Positions 23,650-32,000 of a DNA stretch of 32,000 nucleotides are shown here, piece after piece. The translations under genes were made by a program, and so were the position numbers. Under the pieces are notes generated by a model. The model did not search any database. It saw only the letters and a list, made by a program, of their open reading frames with translations, and was not told where the DNA came from. Positions within the stretch are counted from its first letter, which is position 1. Each line of letters starts with the position of its first letter. This DNA is from Candidatus Saccharimonadota bacterium. Lineage in GTDB: Bacteria; Patescibacteriota; Microgenomatia; UBA1406; GWC2-37-13. The stretch spans positions 30,001 to 62,000 of the forward strand of contig CP066689.1 of the NCBI GenBank assembly GCA_016432445.1, read 5' to 3'.

Positions 23650-26600
23650 AAAAAACAACTCCATAACAATATCTATAATTACCCGTAATAGAGATCAATC
23701 ACTTAAAAGATGTCTTATATCGTTATGCCAGCGAACAATTCATCCTAAAGAAGTATTAATTATAGATAATGACTCAAAAGACAACACAAAAAAAGTAGTA
23801 AATTATTTCTCTAATCTCTTACCCATCCGCTATATTCATGAACCAAAAATTGGTATTCCTTTCGCAAGAAACAGAGCTTTAAAAGAAGCTAAAGGTGAAA
23901 TACTGGCCTTTATTGATGATGATTGTGAAGCCACCCCCAACTGGATTGAAGAAATCTTGAAAGCTCATAAAAAATATCCTCAGGCTGCTGCCATTCAGGG
24001 AAAAAATATTGTAAAACCTAAAAATATATTTACTTACCTTCATTATGAACTTTATAAGCTATGGATAAACCAAAATAAAAAAAAAGATAAACTCTTTGTC
24101 CTAGATACGAAAAATGTCTCTTTTAAATTAAAAGTTATTAAACAAGCGAAAGTTAAGTTCGATCCGGGTTTTAGCCGCTGTTCTGATGTGGATTTCGGCA
24201 AACAGATTTTATTTAAAGGATTAGACATTGTATATTTGCCCCAGATAATAACGTATCACTGGGAAAACAATGTTCTTAATCTTTTAATTAAAGATTACGC
24301 CAAAGGTTTAGGAAATGCTAAATTAAGATATAAATGGACCAAAGAATTCACGGAATCAGAAGAAAAGAAAATAAAGTATCACAATAAAATTAACTCAATT
24401 AAAGTTGGCTTACCCTTACCTCAAAAGATCTTCGTAAGTTTTTGCTTAAAACTAAACCGTACTATTTTTAATTTGGGTCTTGATTATCAAAATCAGATGG
24501 ATATTTTAAAAGTCAGCCGCATTAAAGTTTTCAACAACACAGTTTCTGCTGCAATAGTTACAAAAAATCGCCCTAAATCACTCCAAAAATGTTTAATGTC
24601 TCTTGTCAAACAGACTATTCTTCCAAAAGAAATATTAATTATCGATAGTTCTGATGACGACAAAACAAAAAAGTTAATTAGTCTATTTAAAAGACAACTT
24701 AATCTTAAGTATATTTTCGAAAGTAAAACAGGAATCAGTAATGCTAGAAATAGAGCTTTAAAAGAAACAGCAGGTGAAATATTAGCCTTTATTGATGATG
24801 ATTGTGAAGCTTCCCCAAACTGGATTGAGGAAATCGTTAAAGCTCATCACAAATATCCTCAAGTCGTAGCTATCCAGGGGAGCTGCTCTATTTTTCCTAA
24901 GGATGATTTACTCAGCTCTGTTAGCCAAGAGGAATATGACATATGGATATCAAATAATTTAAAAAAAGATAATAAACTTTTTACCCTTGATCTAGAAAAT
25001 TCCTCATTTAAAACAGCTCTTCTTTCTAAATTAGACTTATCCTTTGATCCTTTTTTCACAAAAAATTATTACTGTGAAGATATTGATTTTGGTAAAAAAT
25101 TATTGGCTAAAAAACAAATAATAATTTATTATCCCCTTATAAAAATAGGCAGTTGGAGAAGAAAATCATTATTATCTTTTTTAAAGCAACGTTTTTTGAA
25201 AGGAAAAGGGAGAGCGTTAATTGATTATAAATGGGAACCTGCATTCGGCTTGCTAAAAATTAACCGTCTGATAAAACCTCTTGTTCCTCAAATTAAATTA
25301 ACTTCCATTTTTTTTAGAAAAATTTCGTGGATTTCAAAAACAGTTTTTCAACTGGGTGAAAACATTGAAAAAATAAAAATCTTGTACTCACGTTTATCTT
25401 ATCAAAATCCTCAAATGATCTCTTATATAATCGATTCTTTAGCCCTTATCAAGAAAAATTCCGATAAAAAAATTATTAATAAGTTTTTATATCGATTAAT
25501 TTTCTTGTTTATATTTCGCTCTAAAAAAAAAGATTTTCACTATAATCGCCAGCAAATTATTGAGAATAAAATAAATAAAATTTACGTCAGTGTTGCCATA
25601 AGAACTAAAAACATTAATGAATTGTTTAAAAAACTCGTTTTTTTTTCCAAAATAAAAAAAAGGCCTGATGAAGTAATCATTCTAACCTATCAAAAATGGA
25701 AATTTTTAAAGGATATCTCCTTTATCTTTTCACCTTTCTTTCGTACTCAATTTATCTTTGTAAAAGATCTACAATATAAGGAAAATATTAAAAATATTAT
25801 TAATGAGGCTCAAGGAAAAATACTTACTTTTATAGATGATGATTGTGAAGCTACCCCAAACTGGATTGAAGAAATCATAAAGACCCATCAAAAATTTCCT
25901 GATACTGCCGCTATTCAAGGAGATATCGTAATGAGAAAAAAAGAGCTTTTATTTCCACTGATCATCAGAACCATCTTTAAACTACAAATGAAACATAATT
26001 CCAATAAAGATGGACTATTATCCTACATTAATATAAAAAATATCTCTTTTAAAAAAAATCACCTTAAAGATATAGATTTAAAACTTGATAATGAGTCTCC
26101 TAGTGGAGCTTTAACAGATGTTGGAAGACAACTTTTTTTGAAAAACAAAAAAATAATTTACTGCCCAGAAATACGCAATTATATAAAATTTACCAACATA
26201 CTAAAGTTTTTAAAACAAGGATATGAAGACGGCCAGCTTCAAGCCAAACTTAATTACGACTGGCAAGGAGTAATTCCTAAAAAACCTCTCAAGCCTTTAA
26301 TAGAAGACTACCAAATAGTCGTGAATAATATGTTAAAAGCTCTTTCTTTATCCTATATTTCCAAACTACTCTCTAAGATCTTTTTAAAGATATATTTAGT
26401 TTTATTTAAAATCGGCTTCTACCGCATGAGTAATTTCTACCACATGAGTAACAAGTTTATTTTTACAGATAATAAAATATTTCAAGCTTATTTTTCTAGA
26501 AAAGAAGATATCTCAGTTGCTATAATCACCCACCAACATGACCAACTACTCAAGTCGTGTCTTTTATCTTTAGTAAAACAAACAATTTATCCTAAAGAAA

Positions 26601-29227
26601 TACTAATTATAGATAATGATTCAACAAACAACACAAAGGAAGTTATAAATTCTTTTTCTAATGTCTTACCCATACGCTATATTCATGAATCTGTTGTAGG
26701 TATCCCTTATGCCAGAAACAGAGCTTTAAAAGAAGCAACAGGTGAAATCCTTACCTTTATTGATAATGATTGTGAAGCTTCCCCAAACTGGATTGAAAAA
26801 ATCGTAAAAGCTCATAAAAAATTCCCTAATGTCGCTGCCATTCAGGGAGATATTTTATATAAATCAGATATACTGTCTTCAATCATACTTAAGCTCTTTT
26901 TTAAAATGCAAATTAATCATAACTTAATTAAAGAAAAATATCTTTCTTTTATCAATATTAAAAATATTTCTTTTAAAACTAAAGTCGTAAAATCCCTTTC
27001 CTTTGATGAAAACTTTTTACAAGAGTATTCTATTGACTTTGCCCGCCAGCTTGTATTAAATAAACAAAACATTTTATATCTTCCTCAAATTATTACCAAT
27101 AATAACCAATCTCAATCAATTATTAGTTTCTTAAAGGAATCACCCCACAAAGGCAAAGAACATGCAAAACTTGAATATAAATGGTGTAGTATGCTTCCTA
27201 AAAAAAACCTCTTTAACTTGTTAACCGAACATGAGCCATATTTGAAAACAATGGGCAAATCTATTCACTTTTTTTATCGCCCCATATTATATAGCATATA
27301 TAAAATTTACAAAGAATTATTTAGACAAGGATTTTTAAAAAATAAAAGAAAAGCTTTAATTGAAAATTTAGAGAGAATCACCTTAGAAAAAAATAAAGAC
27401 CTCAATATTTCTATTGCCATAATCACTCTTAATAGATATCAATCATTAGAAAAATGCTTGTTTTCTTTAGCTAAACAGTCAATCTATCCAAGAGAAGTAT
27501 TAATTATAGATAATGGCTCAACAGATAATACAAAAAAAATCGTTGATTCCTTCTCCAATGTCTTACCCATCCGCTATATTTATGAATCTGTAAGTGGTAT
27601 CCCTTATGCTAGAAATAGAGCTTTAAAAGAAACAACAGGTAAAATATTAGCCTTTATTGATGATGATTGTGAAGCTACCTCCAACTGGATTGAGCAAATT
27701 GCTAACTCCCACAAAAAATTCCCTAATGCTTCCGCTATCCAGGGAATAGCTTATTGCAAATACAAAGATCCCTATAGTTTTTTATCCCAAAAATACCATC
27801 TGAATTGGCTTCATAAAAATCTTAAAGATAACAATGAAATTTCAATCATTGATACCAAAAATGCATCTTTTAAAATCAGCTTTATAAATAATCTTAATCT
27901 TTCTTTTGATACTAATCTTTTAAGAGGATCTGATGCTGATTTTGCTAAACAAATTATATTAAAAGGAGGGAAAATATTTCATGATCCTTTTATTAAAATA
28001 TATTTCAAACCAAGAAACAGTTTGAAAAGTTTCCTAGATCATCGCTTTCAAGTTGGCTATTACAACGCCAAACTTCGCTATAAATGGGGTAAGGATTTAA
28101 ATAAAGATTTGAAAACATCCACACTTAGTTTTAAATATCCTCCAGATAAACTTATCCAAATATTAATTTTAGGGAATCTGGCGCGATTATATTACTCTTT
28201 AGGGCAAGTTTTCGGAAATATTAAAAAATACTATGATTATGAACGGCTTATTAAAATAACCTCCTCTCCATCTGATTATCTCTACAAAAGGAAAAAACAA
28301 GTGAAATTAGCTGTAATGATCATAACCAAAGATCGATATGATTCATTAATCAAAACACTTATTTCTCTGAAAAATCAAACTATGAAACCTGATCAAATTA
28401 TTATTGTTAATTCATCTGTAAATGCAGATATTCCTTTTATGTCAAAATTCAAAGAACTTCCGATATCTCAGGTCATTGAAAAAAGAATGGGTTTCGGTAT
28501 CGCACGCAATACAGCACTAAAAAAGATTAGAACGGATATCATAGCTACTATAGATGACGATGAAGAAGCACCGAAAGATTGGTGCCAAAAAATTATTGAG
28601 ACTCATCAAGAATTTCCTGAAGCTGCAGCCATACAAGGAAGATTGATATGCCAGCCTGAACGCTCTATTTATGCCATAACCGAACAAATAAAATTAGATC
28701 GGTGGTTCTTAAGCAAAATAAATTATCAAAATCGTATTTATACTATGAGCACTAAAAACGTCTCTTTTAAAACTGCATTTATTAGAGCCAACAATTTAAA
28801 ATTTAAGACTGATGATCTTCACGGAAAATATGGAGGCGAAGATATTGACTTTTCTAACCAGCTTTTATCTAAAAAATTAACAATAATTTATTCACCCCAA
28901 ATAACAGTTTTTCACCAAGAAAGATCAAGTCTTTTTTCATATTTATCACAACAGTCTAGAAAAGGTTCCTCAAGAGCTCTAATTAAAAGAAATTGGGGAT
29001 CATTTGAAAAAACTATTCCCAAATTTTTATCTATGAACTATAAAAGTAAGTTAGATATCCTATTTCATCCTTCAATAAAAAAAAATATATATCTTTTGCC
29101 GCTAATAATTACTGTTTATTTTTTATCATTAATTGCTTATGCTAAAGGTTTAAAAGATTTAGAAAAAGAGTTAAAATTATCTCCTGTTCAATCTCCTCTT
29201 TCATCATCAAAATTGACAGCCATATAA
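23639..29227 (+). CDS. Giant multi-module glycosyltransferase: six tandem GT2 (GT-A fold) modules plus a C-terminal TM helix
   Basis: Six repeats carry [IV]-x-I-[IV]-T-x-N-R ... I-I-D-[NS]-x-S ... ARNRALKE ... F-I-D-D-D-C-E-A-x-P-N-W-I-E-E-I ... AAIQG. The first D of each DxD motif is at nt 23915, 24794, 25835, 26762, 27659 and 28553. The hydrophobic segment IYLLPLIITVYFLSLIAYA lies near nt 29086-29150. Confidence 0.85.
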   Translation: MLNKKNNSITISIITRNRDQSLKRCLISLCQRTIHPKEVLIIDNDSKDNTKKVVNYFSNLLPIRYIHEPKIGIPFARNRALKEAKGEILAFIDDDCEATPNWIEEILKAHKKYPQAAAIQGKNIVKPKNIFTYLHYELYKLWINQNKKKDKLFVLDTKNVSFKLKVIKQAKVKFDPGFSRCSDVDFGKQILFKGLDIVYLPQIITYHWENNVLNLLIKDYAKGLGNAKLRYKWTKEFTESEEKKIKYHNKINSIKVGLPLPQKIFVSFCLKLNRTIFNLGLDYQNQMDILKVSRIKVFNNTVSAAIVTKNRPKSLQKCLMSLVKQTILPKEILIIDSSDDDKTKKLISLFKRQLNLKYIFESKTGISNARNRALKETAGEILAFIDDDCEASPNWIEEIVKAHHKYPQVVAIQGSCSIFPKDDLLSSVSQEEYDIWISNNLKKDNKLFTLDLENSSFKTALLSKLDLSFDPFFTKNYYCEDIDFGKKLLAKKQIIIYYPLIKIGSWRRKSLLSFLKQRFLKGKGRALIDYKWEPAFGLLKINRLIKPLVPQIKLTSIFFRKISWISKTVFQLGENIEKIKILYSRLSYQNPQMISYIIDSLALIKKNSDKKIINKFLYRLIFLFIFRSKKKDFHYNRQQIIENKINKIYVSVAIRTKNINELFKKLVFFSKIKKRPDEVIILTYQKWKFLKDISFIFSPFFRTQFIFVKDLQYKENIKNIINEAQGKILTFIDDDCEATPNWIEEIIKTHQKFPDTAAIQGDIVMRKKELLFPLIIRTIFKLQMKHNSNKDGLLSYINIKNISFKKNHLKDIDLKLDNESPSGALTDVGRQLFLKNKKIIYCPEIRNYIKFTNILKFLKQGYEDGQLQAKLNYDWQGVIPKKPLKPLIEDYQIVVNNMLKALSLSYISKLLSKIFLKIYLVLFKIGFYRMSNFYHMSNKFIFTDNKIFQAYFSRKEDISVAIITHQHDQLLKSCLLSLVKQTIYPKEILIIDNDSTNNTKEVINSFSNVLPIRYIHESVVGIPYARNRALKEATGEILTFIDNDCEASPNWIEKIVKAHKKFPNVAAIQGDILYKSDILSSIILKLFFKMQINHNLIKEKYLSFINIKNISFKTKVVKSLSFDENFLQEYSIDFARQLVLNKQNILYLPQIITNNNQSQSIISFLKESPHKGKEHAKLEYKWCSMLPKKNLFNLLTEHEPYLKTMGKSIHFFYRPILYSIYKIYKELFRQGFLKNKRKALIENLERITLEKNKDLNISIAIITLNRYQSLEKCLFSLAKQSIYPREVLIIDNGSTDNTKKIVDSFSNVLPIRYIYESVSGIPYARNRALKETTGKILAFIDDDCEATSNWIEQIANSHKKFPNASAIQGIAYCKYKDPYSFLSQKYHLNWLHKNLKDNNEISIIDTKNASFKISFINNLNLSFDTNLLRGSDADFAKQIILKGGKIFHDPFIKIYFKPRNSLKSFLDHRFQVGYYNAKLRYKWGKDLNKDLKTSTLSFKYPPDKLIQILILGNLARLYYSLGQVFGNIKKYYDYERLIKITSSPSDYLYKRKKQVKLAVMIITKDRYDSLIKTLISLKNQTMKPDQIIIVNSSVNADIPFMSKFKELPISQVIEKRMGFGIARNTALKKIRTDIIATIDDDEEAPKDWCQKIIETHQEFPEAAAIQGRLICQPERSIYAITEQIKLDRWFLSKINYQNRIYTMSTKNVSFKTAFIRANNLKFKTDDLHGKYGGEDIDFSNQLLSKKLTIIYSPQITVFHQERSSLFSYLSQQSRKGSSRALIKRNWGSFEKTIPKFLSMNYKSKLDILFHPSIKKNIYLLPLIITVYFLSLIAYAKGLKDLEKELKLSPVQSPLSSSKLTAI

Positions 29228-29238
29228 AACATTAATCT

Positions 29239-29907
29239 TTATTGGATTCCCCACTGCTTCATCCTCTTTCCTAAAAATAAAAGGAGATAATTAATCGGTA
29301 AATAAACAAAATAGGCAAGAATCGCAGTTACGATAAATATCATTGGAAAATCATTAAAGCCATTGTAAAAGGAAGAAAAATATAATTTGCAACTTTCTGT
29401 CATTCTAACTCCTTCGCTTCTCACGCAATTAATGTTTTCACCAAAAGGATCAGGCAAAATATAAGCCAAGACTGCGACTATGCTTGCGAAAAAATAGGCA
29501 CCAAGCCATCCTAGCCTATGAATTTTTTTAGTTACTAAAAGACCCGCCACAAGAGCCGGAACGAGAAAAAGATGATAACTAGTTACAATAAATTTAAATT
29601 TAGAATAACTTGCCTTAAAGGCATAATCGGCCACTTGAACTATATCTGCTTTTAAAAAAAAATTAGAAATAAAACTGATCGTCCAAATACTCTCGTTTAT
29701 AACTAATGCGCAAAACATAGAAGTTATAAGGAAACTGTTTCTTGTCATAAGAGCTATTGTAGTTAATCCTAAACCTGTAGCTGAATACCATAACATTCTT
29801 TGAGGAGCCTTCAAGATAAATATCTTCAGATAAGCATCTGCTAACCAAAAAGCAAAAGTTATAAGGCTTATAAAAAATAAAGGATCCTTTAGTTTTTTCT
29901 TAAGCAT
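29239..29907 (-). CDS. Polytopic membrane protein, unknown function
   Basis: This 222-aa ORF has about 6 hydrophobic helices. It is convergent with the giant GT ORF, with an 11-nt gap. Confidence 0.5.
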   Translation of the reverse strand: MLKKKLKDPLFFISLITFAFWLADAYLKIFILKAPQRMLWYSATGLGLTTIALMTRNSFLITSMFCALVINESIWTISFISNFFLKADIVQVADYAFKASYSKFKFIVTSYHLFLVPALVAGLLVTKKIHRLGWLGAYFFASIVAVLAYILPDPFGENINCVRSEGVRMTESCKLYFSSFYNGFNDFPMIFIVTAILAYFVYLPINYLLLFLGKRMKQWGIQ

Positions 29908-29934
29908 CTTTAAGAAAATTATTTAAAAACTAAT

Positions 29935-30654
29935 CTATATAACGAAAGTACTCACGATTTGATTGAAAATCTTTTCGAAACCCTTCTGCCATTTTTCTTC
30001 AAAACTAATTCCTGTAATTACAAAAATAAAATCATTATTTTCAAAAAAAATACTTTTTCCATGAAATGAGGTCAAAGCTAAACCCATTTTTACCTCTATT
30101 TCATACTTCTTTTTATCAAAAACGTTTAATGCTTCATCTTTTATAAAGTCTACCTTATTAAAACTATTTAATAGTTCTTTATCCTCATCTATAATATTTT
30201 TTAGTATGTAAGTCTTTTTATCTTTAATTCTTATATAAAGCCTGTTCTTAAACAAATTATCAGATTTCGGATCTACAAACATCATATCCACAAATGACAA
30301 ATATTTATTAAAGCTTTGTTTTTGATTATCGTTTAAAAATTTTGAAATAGTTCCTAAATTTTCTATATTTAAATCCTTAGTCTGCACCCAATTTTTGGGT
30401 AAAATAATCGTGTAGTTATATTTCGTACTTTTATAGTAAGAACGGGTATCTTTTGATACAGCAGGCTTTTTTATGGGCGTTGGAGAAATCAGAGACCTTT
30501 TACCGCTATTCGAATACTCTTCTTTTAACTTTATAGCAATAAAAATTGCTAAAACAATTAAAATTAGTAGAATAATATATTTTTTATAAGATTTTTTTTT
30601 CTCTACAGAGACTATTAAATTACCTGAGTCATTAGGTAAATTTTGATCTTGCAT
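29935..30654 (-). CDS. Single-pass membrane-anchored hypothetical protein
   Basis: A Lys-rich N-terminus is followed by one TM segment (YIILLILIVLAIFIAI) and a ~180-aa external domain. No motif was recognised. Confidence 0.5.
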   Translation of the reverse strand: MQDQNLPNDSGNLIVSVEKKKSYKKYIILLILIVLAIFIAIKLKEEYSNSGKRSLISPTPIKKPAVSKDTRSYYKSTKYNYTIILPKNWVQTKDLNIENLGTISKFLNDNQKQSFNKYLSFVDMMFVDPKSDNLFKNRLYIRIKDKKTYILKNIIDEDKELLNSFNKVDFIKDEALNVFDKKKYEIEVKMGLALTSFHGKSIFFENNDFIFVITGISFEEKWQKGFEKIFNQIVSTFVI

Positions 30655-30705
30655 ATAAAAATGATACCATAATATTCTTCAACATAGCTTTTGCTAATAT
30701 TCCTT

Positions 30706-31452
30706 TTAGATATCTAAAGCTTTCTTTAAAACTAAGTAGATAAATTTAATATTACCAATAGTATACCTTTTCCAGAGTCTTCGCGGCTCCTGTTTTAATC
30801 TATAAACCCACTCTAGCCCTATTTTTTGCATCCAAACGGGAGCTCGCGGCAAATAGCCTGAGATAACATCAAATAAAGCTCCTACAGACCAAAATACATG
30901 CACATCAAGTTTCTTTAAGTTTTTATAAATCCATTTCTCCTGAGTTGTCGAACCCATTCCTACTAATAAAATCGTCGGTTTTTTGATGTTTATATTTTTT
31001 AGAATATTTTTTTCTTTCCTAAGGTTGAAATAACCATTGTGATAACCCAAAATCTTTAGTTTAGGAAATTCCTTTTTTATTTTATTAAGTGCTTTTCTAA
31101 TCGATTCCTCTTTAGCTCCGATAAAATAAAATGACCATCCTTCTTTTTCTGCGAGCGAAAATATTTTATTTATAAAATCAGGAGTAGGAGTTCTATCAAA
31201 TAAAGGATCACCTAAAATTTTTGAGGCAAAAACTGGTCCGTAACCCCCTGAATAAATCAAAGATGCCTTGTTTAAAATATTTTTGTAAGTTTCATCTTTT
31301 TGAGCCAACAGAAGACAATAAGCATTTACATAAAAAATAGTGAGCTTTTTTTTGGAAGATATAATTAAATTTTTTATGATAAAAACGATATTTTGGGGAT
31401 GAGTTGCAGCTATTGAAACACCCAAAATATTTTTTTTCGCATAAGTAAGCAT
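30706..31452 (-). CDS. WecB/TagA/CpsF family glycosyltransferase (GT26)
   Basis: YVNAY....A..D..Y..IL..A.L...GGYG........LG, the GY.NGYF motif (GYHNGYF), KPTILLVGMGSTTQEKWI, VGALFD..SG...RAP.WMQK.GLEW.YRL..EPRRLWKRY are all present and together form the characteristic GT26 signature. Confidence 0.85.
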   Translation of the reverse strand: MLTYAKKNILGVSIAATHPQNIVFIIKNLIISSKKKLTIFYVNAYCLLLAQKDETYKNILNKASLIYSGGYGPVFASKILGDPLFDRTPTPDFINKIFSLAEKEGWSFYFIGAKEESIRKALNKIKKEFPKLKILGYHNGYFNLRKEKNILKNINIKKPTILLVGMGSTTQEKWIYKNLKKLDVHVFWSVGALFDVISGYLPRAPVWMQKIGLEWVYRLKQEPRRLWKRYTIGNIKFIYLVLKKALDI

Positions 31453-31476
31453 AAGGAATCAGAAAAGTATATCATA

Positions 31477-31974
31477 TTATTTTATAGATGAAGAAGGCGA
31501 AGCGTTTTTATCTTCTAGTATATTTACGCTATAAAGATTCCAAGTTTTCTTTTTGAAATTAAAGCTAACATTTAAATCAATATTTTGTCCTTTTTTTAGT
31601 GCATTTAAATTTGAAGTCATTTTTTTACCATTGCTACTTAAAGTTATCTTTGTTGATTTTTCAACTATAAAAGTAGGGATTTCATCATCTTTAAAATCGG
31701 TAACCAGTTCTTGACCTTTAGAGTCTTTCTTAATATCGTTTATAACCACTCGGATAACATAAGTTATGTAGGTGGAACGAACTGCCTGATTATTTATATT
31801 TATTGAAGGAAGAACTACATTATTTGAGTCAGGATTCACTATCTTTGTTGGAGAAATAGAGATTTGTTCTGTTGTTGATTTAGACACTCCTGCCTTTCCA
31901 AAATAGATAAAAAGTTCAACCAAAATAATAATAACTAAAAATATTAAGGGAATTAAAAGAAATGATCTATTCAT
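31477..31974 (-). CDS. Single-pass membrane-anchored hypothetical protein
   Basis: An N-terminal TM segment (FLLIPLIFLVIIILVELFIYF) is followed by a ~130-aa external domain. It sits first in the minus-strand run with the GT26 gene. Confidence 0.5.
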   Translation of the reverse strand: MNRSFLLIPLIFLVIIILVELFIYFGKAGVSKSTTEQISISPTKIVNPDSNNVVLPSININNQAVRSTYITYVIRVVINDIKKDSKGQELVTDFKDDEIPTFIVEKSTKITLSSNGKKMTSNLNALKKGQNIDLNVSFNFKKKTWNLYSVNILEDKNASPSSSIK

Positions 31975-32000
31975 TTAAAAAAGTATGGCATATTTTCAAT

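Noticed and set aside
23639-29227. The giant GT ORF as several adjacent GT2 genes mis-joined
   Set aside because: The provided six-frame translation is continuous over all 1862 codons with no stop. Inter-module linkers are unique sequences. An assembly artefact cannot be excluded without reads, and this is stated in the finding.
1-32000. Alternative genetic code (UGA recoding, as in some CPR lineages)
   Set aside because: Long motif-bearing ORFs end cleanly at standard stops, including TGA (for example 22206-22208), and abut neighbouring genes sensibly. No in-frame UGA read-through is needed.

Overview
The window looks like a low-GC, gene-dense bacterial chromosome segment. Several features suggest a Patescibacteria/CPR (Microgenomates-like) genome: small genes, a four-helix-bundle '23S IVS' protein, a YhbQ-type GIY-YIG ORF, and pervasive low-complexity intergenic repeats. 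This taxonomic call is an inference only.

The left half (1-14.3 kb) carries housekeeping genes: rpiB (partial), dprA, an M20 peptidase, a DOT1-like methyltransferase, an rpe-like gene, a clan GH-A hydrolase-like protein, dCMP deaminase, tRNA-Pro(GGG), tRNA-Ala(GGC), acylphosphatase, a membrane-anchored VirD4/TraD-like ATPase and an FNR-like oxidoreductase.

The segment 14.4-19.5 kb is compositionally distinct, with higher GC. Its minus-strand cluster encodes a PilX_N-like minor pilin, a 759-aa secreted protein with a very Cys-rich domain, and a 621-aa putative lipoprotein with a C-terminal SH3b-like domain. The last two carry Thr/Pro-rich linkers.

The segment 19.6-32 kb is a very AT-rich surface-glycan locus. 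It holds a Wzy_C/O-antigen-ligase-like protein, a GT39/PMT_2-like GT-C enzyme, a Wzx-like flippase and a 1862-aa ORF built from six tandem GT2 modules. Convergent to these are a GT26 (WecB/TagA/CpsF) gene and small membrane proteins.

The main items worth follow-up are:
- the six-module GT2 ORF;
- a possible protein O-glycosylation link to the neighbouring T/P-rich surface proteins;
- heptamer-periodic inverted-repeat elements that fill most intergenic gaps and also occur in frame inside two genes;
- a GIY-YIG cassette flanked by a 13-nt duplication of the tRNA-Pro 5' end.

All homology calls rest on motifs read by eye. No searches were run.
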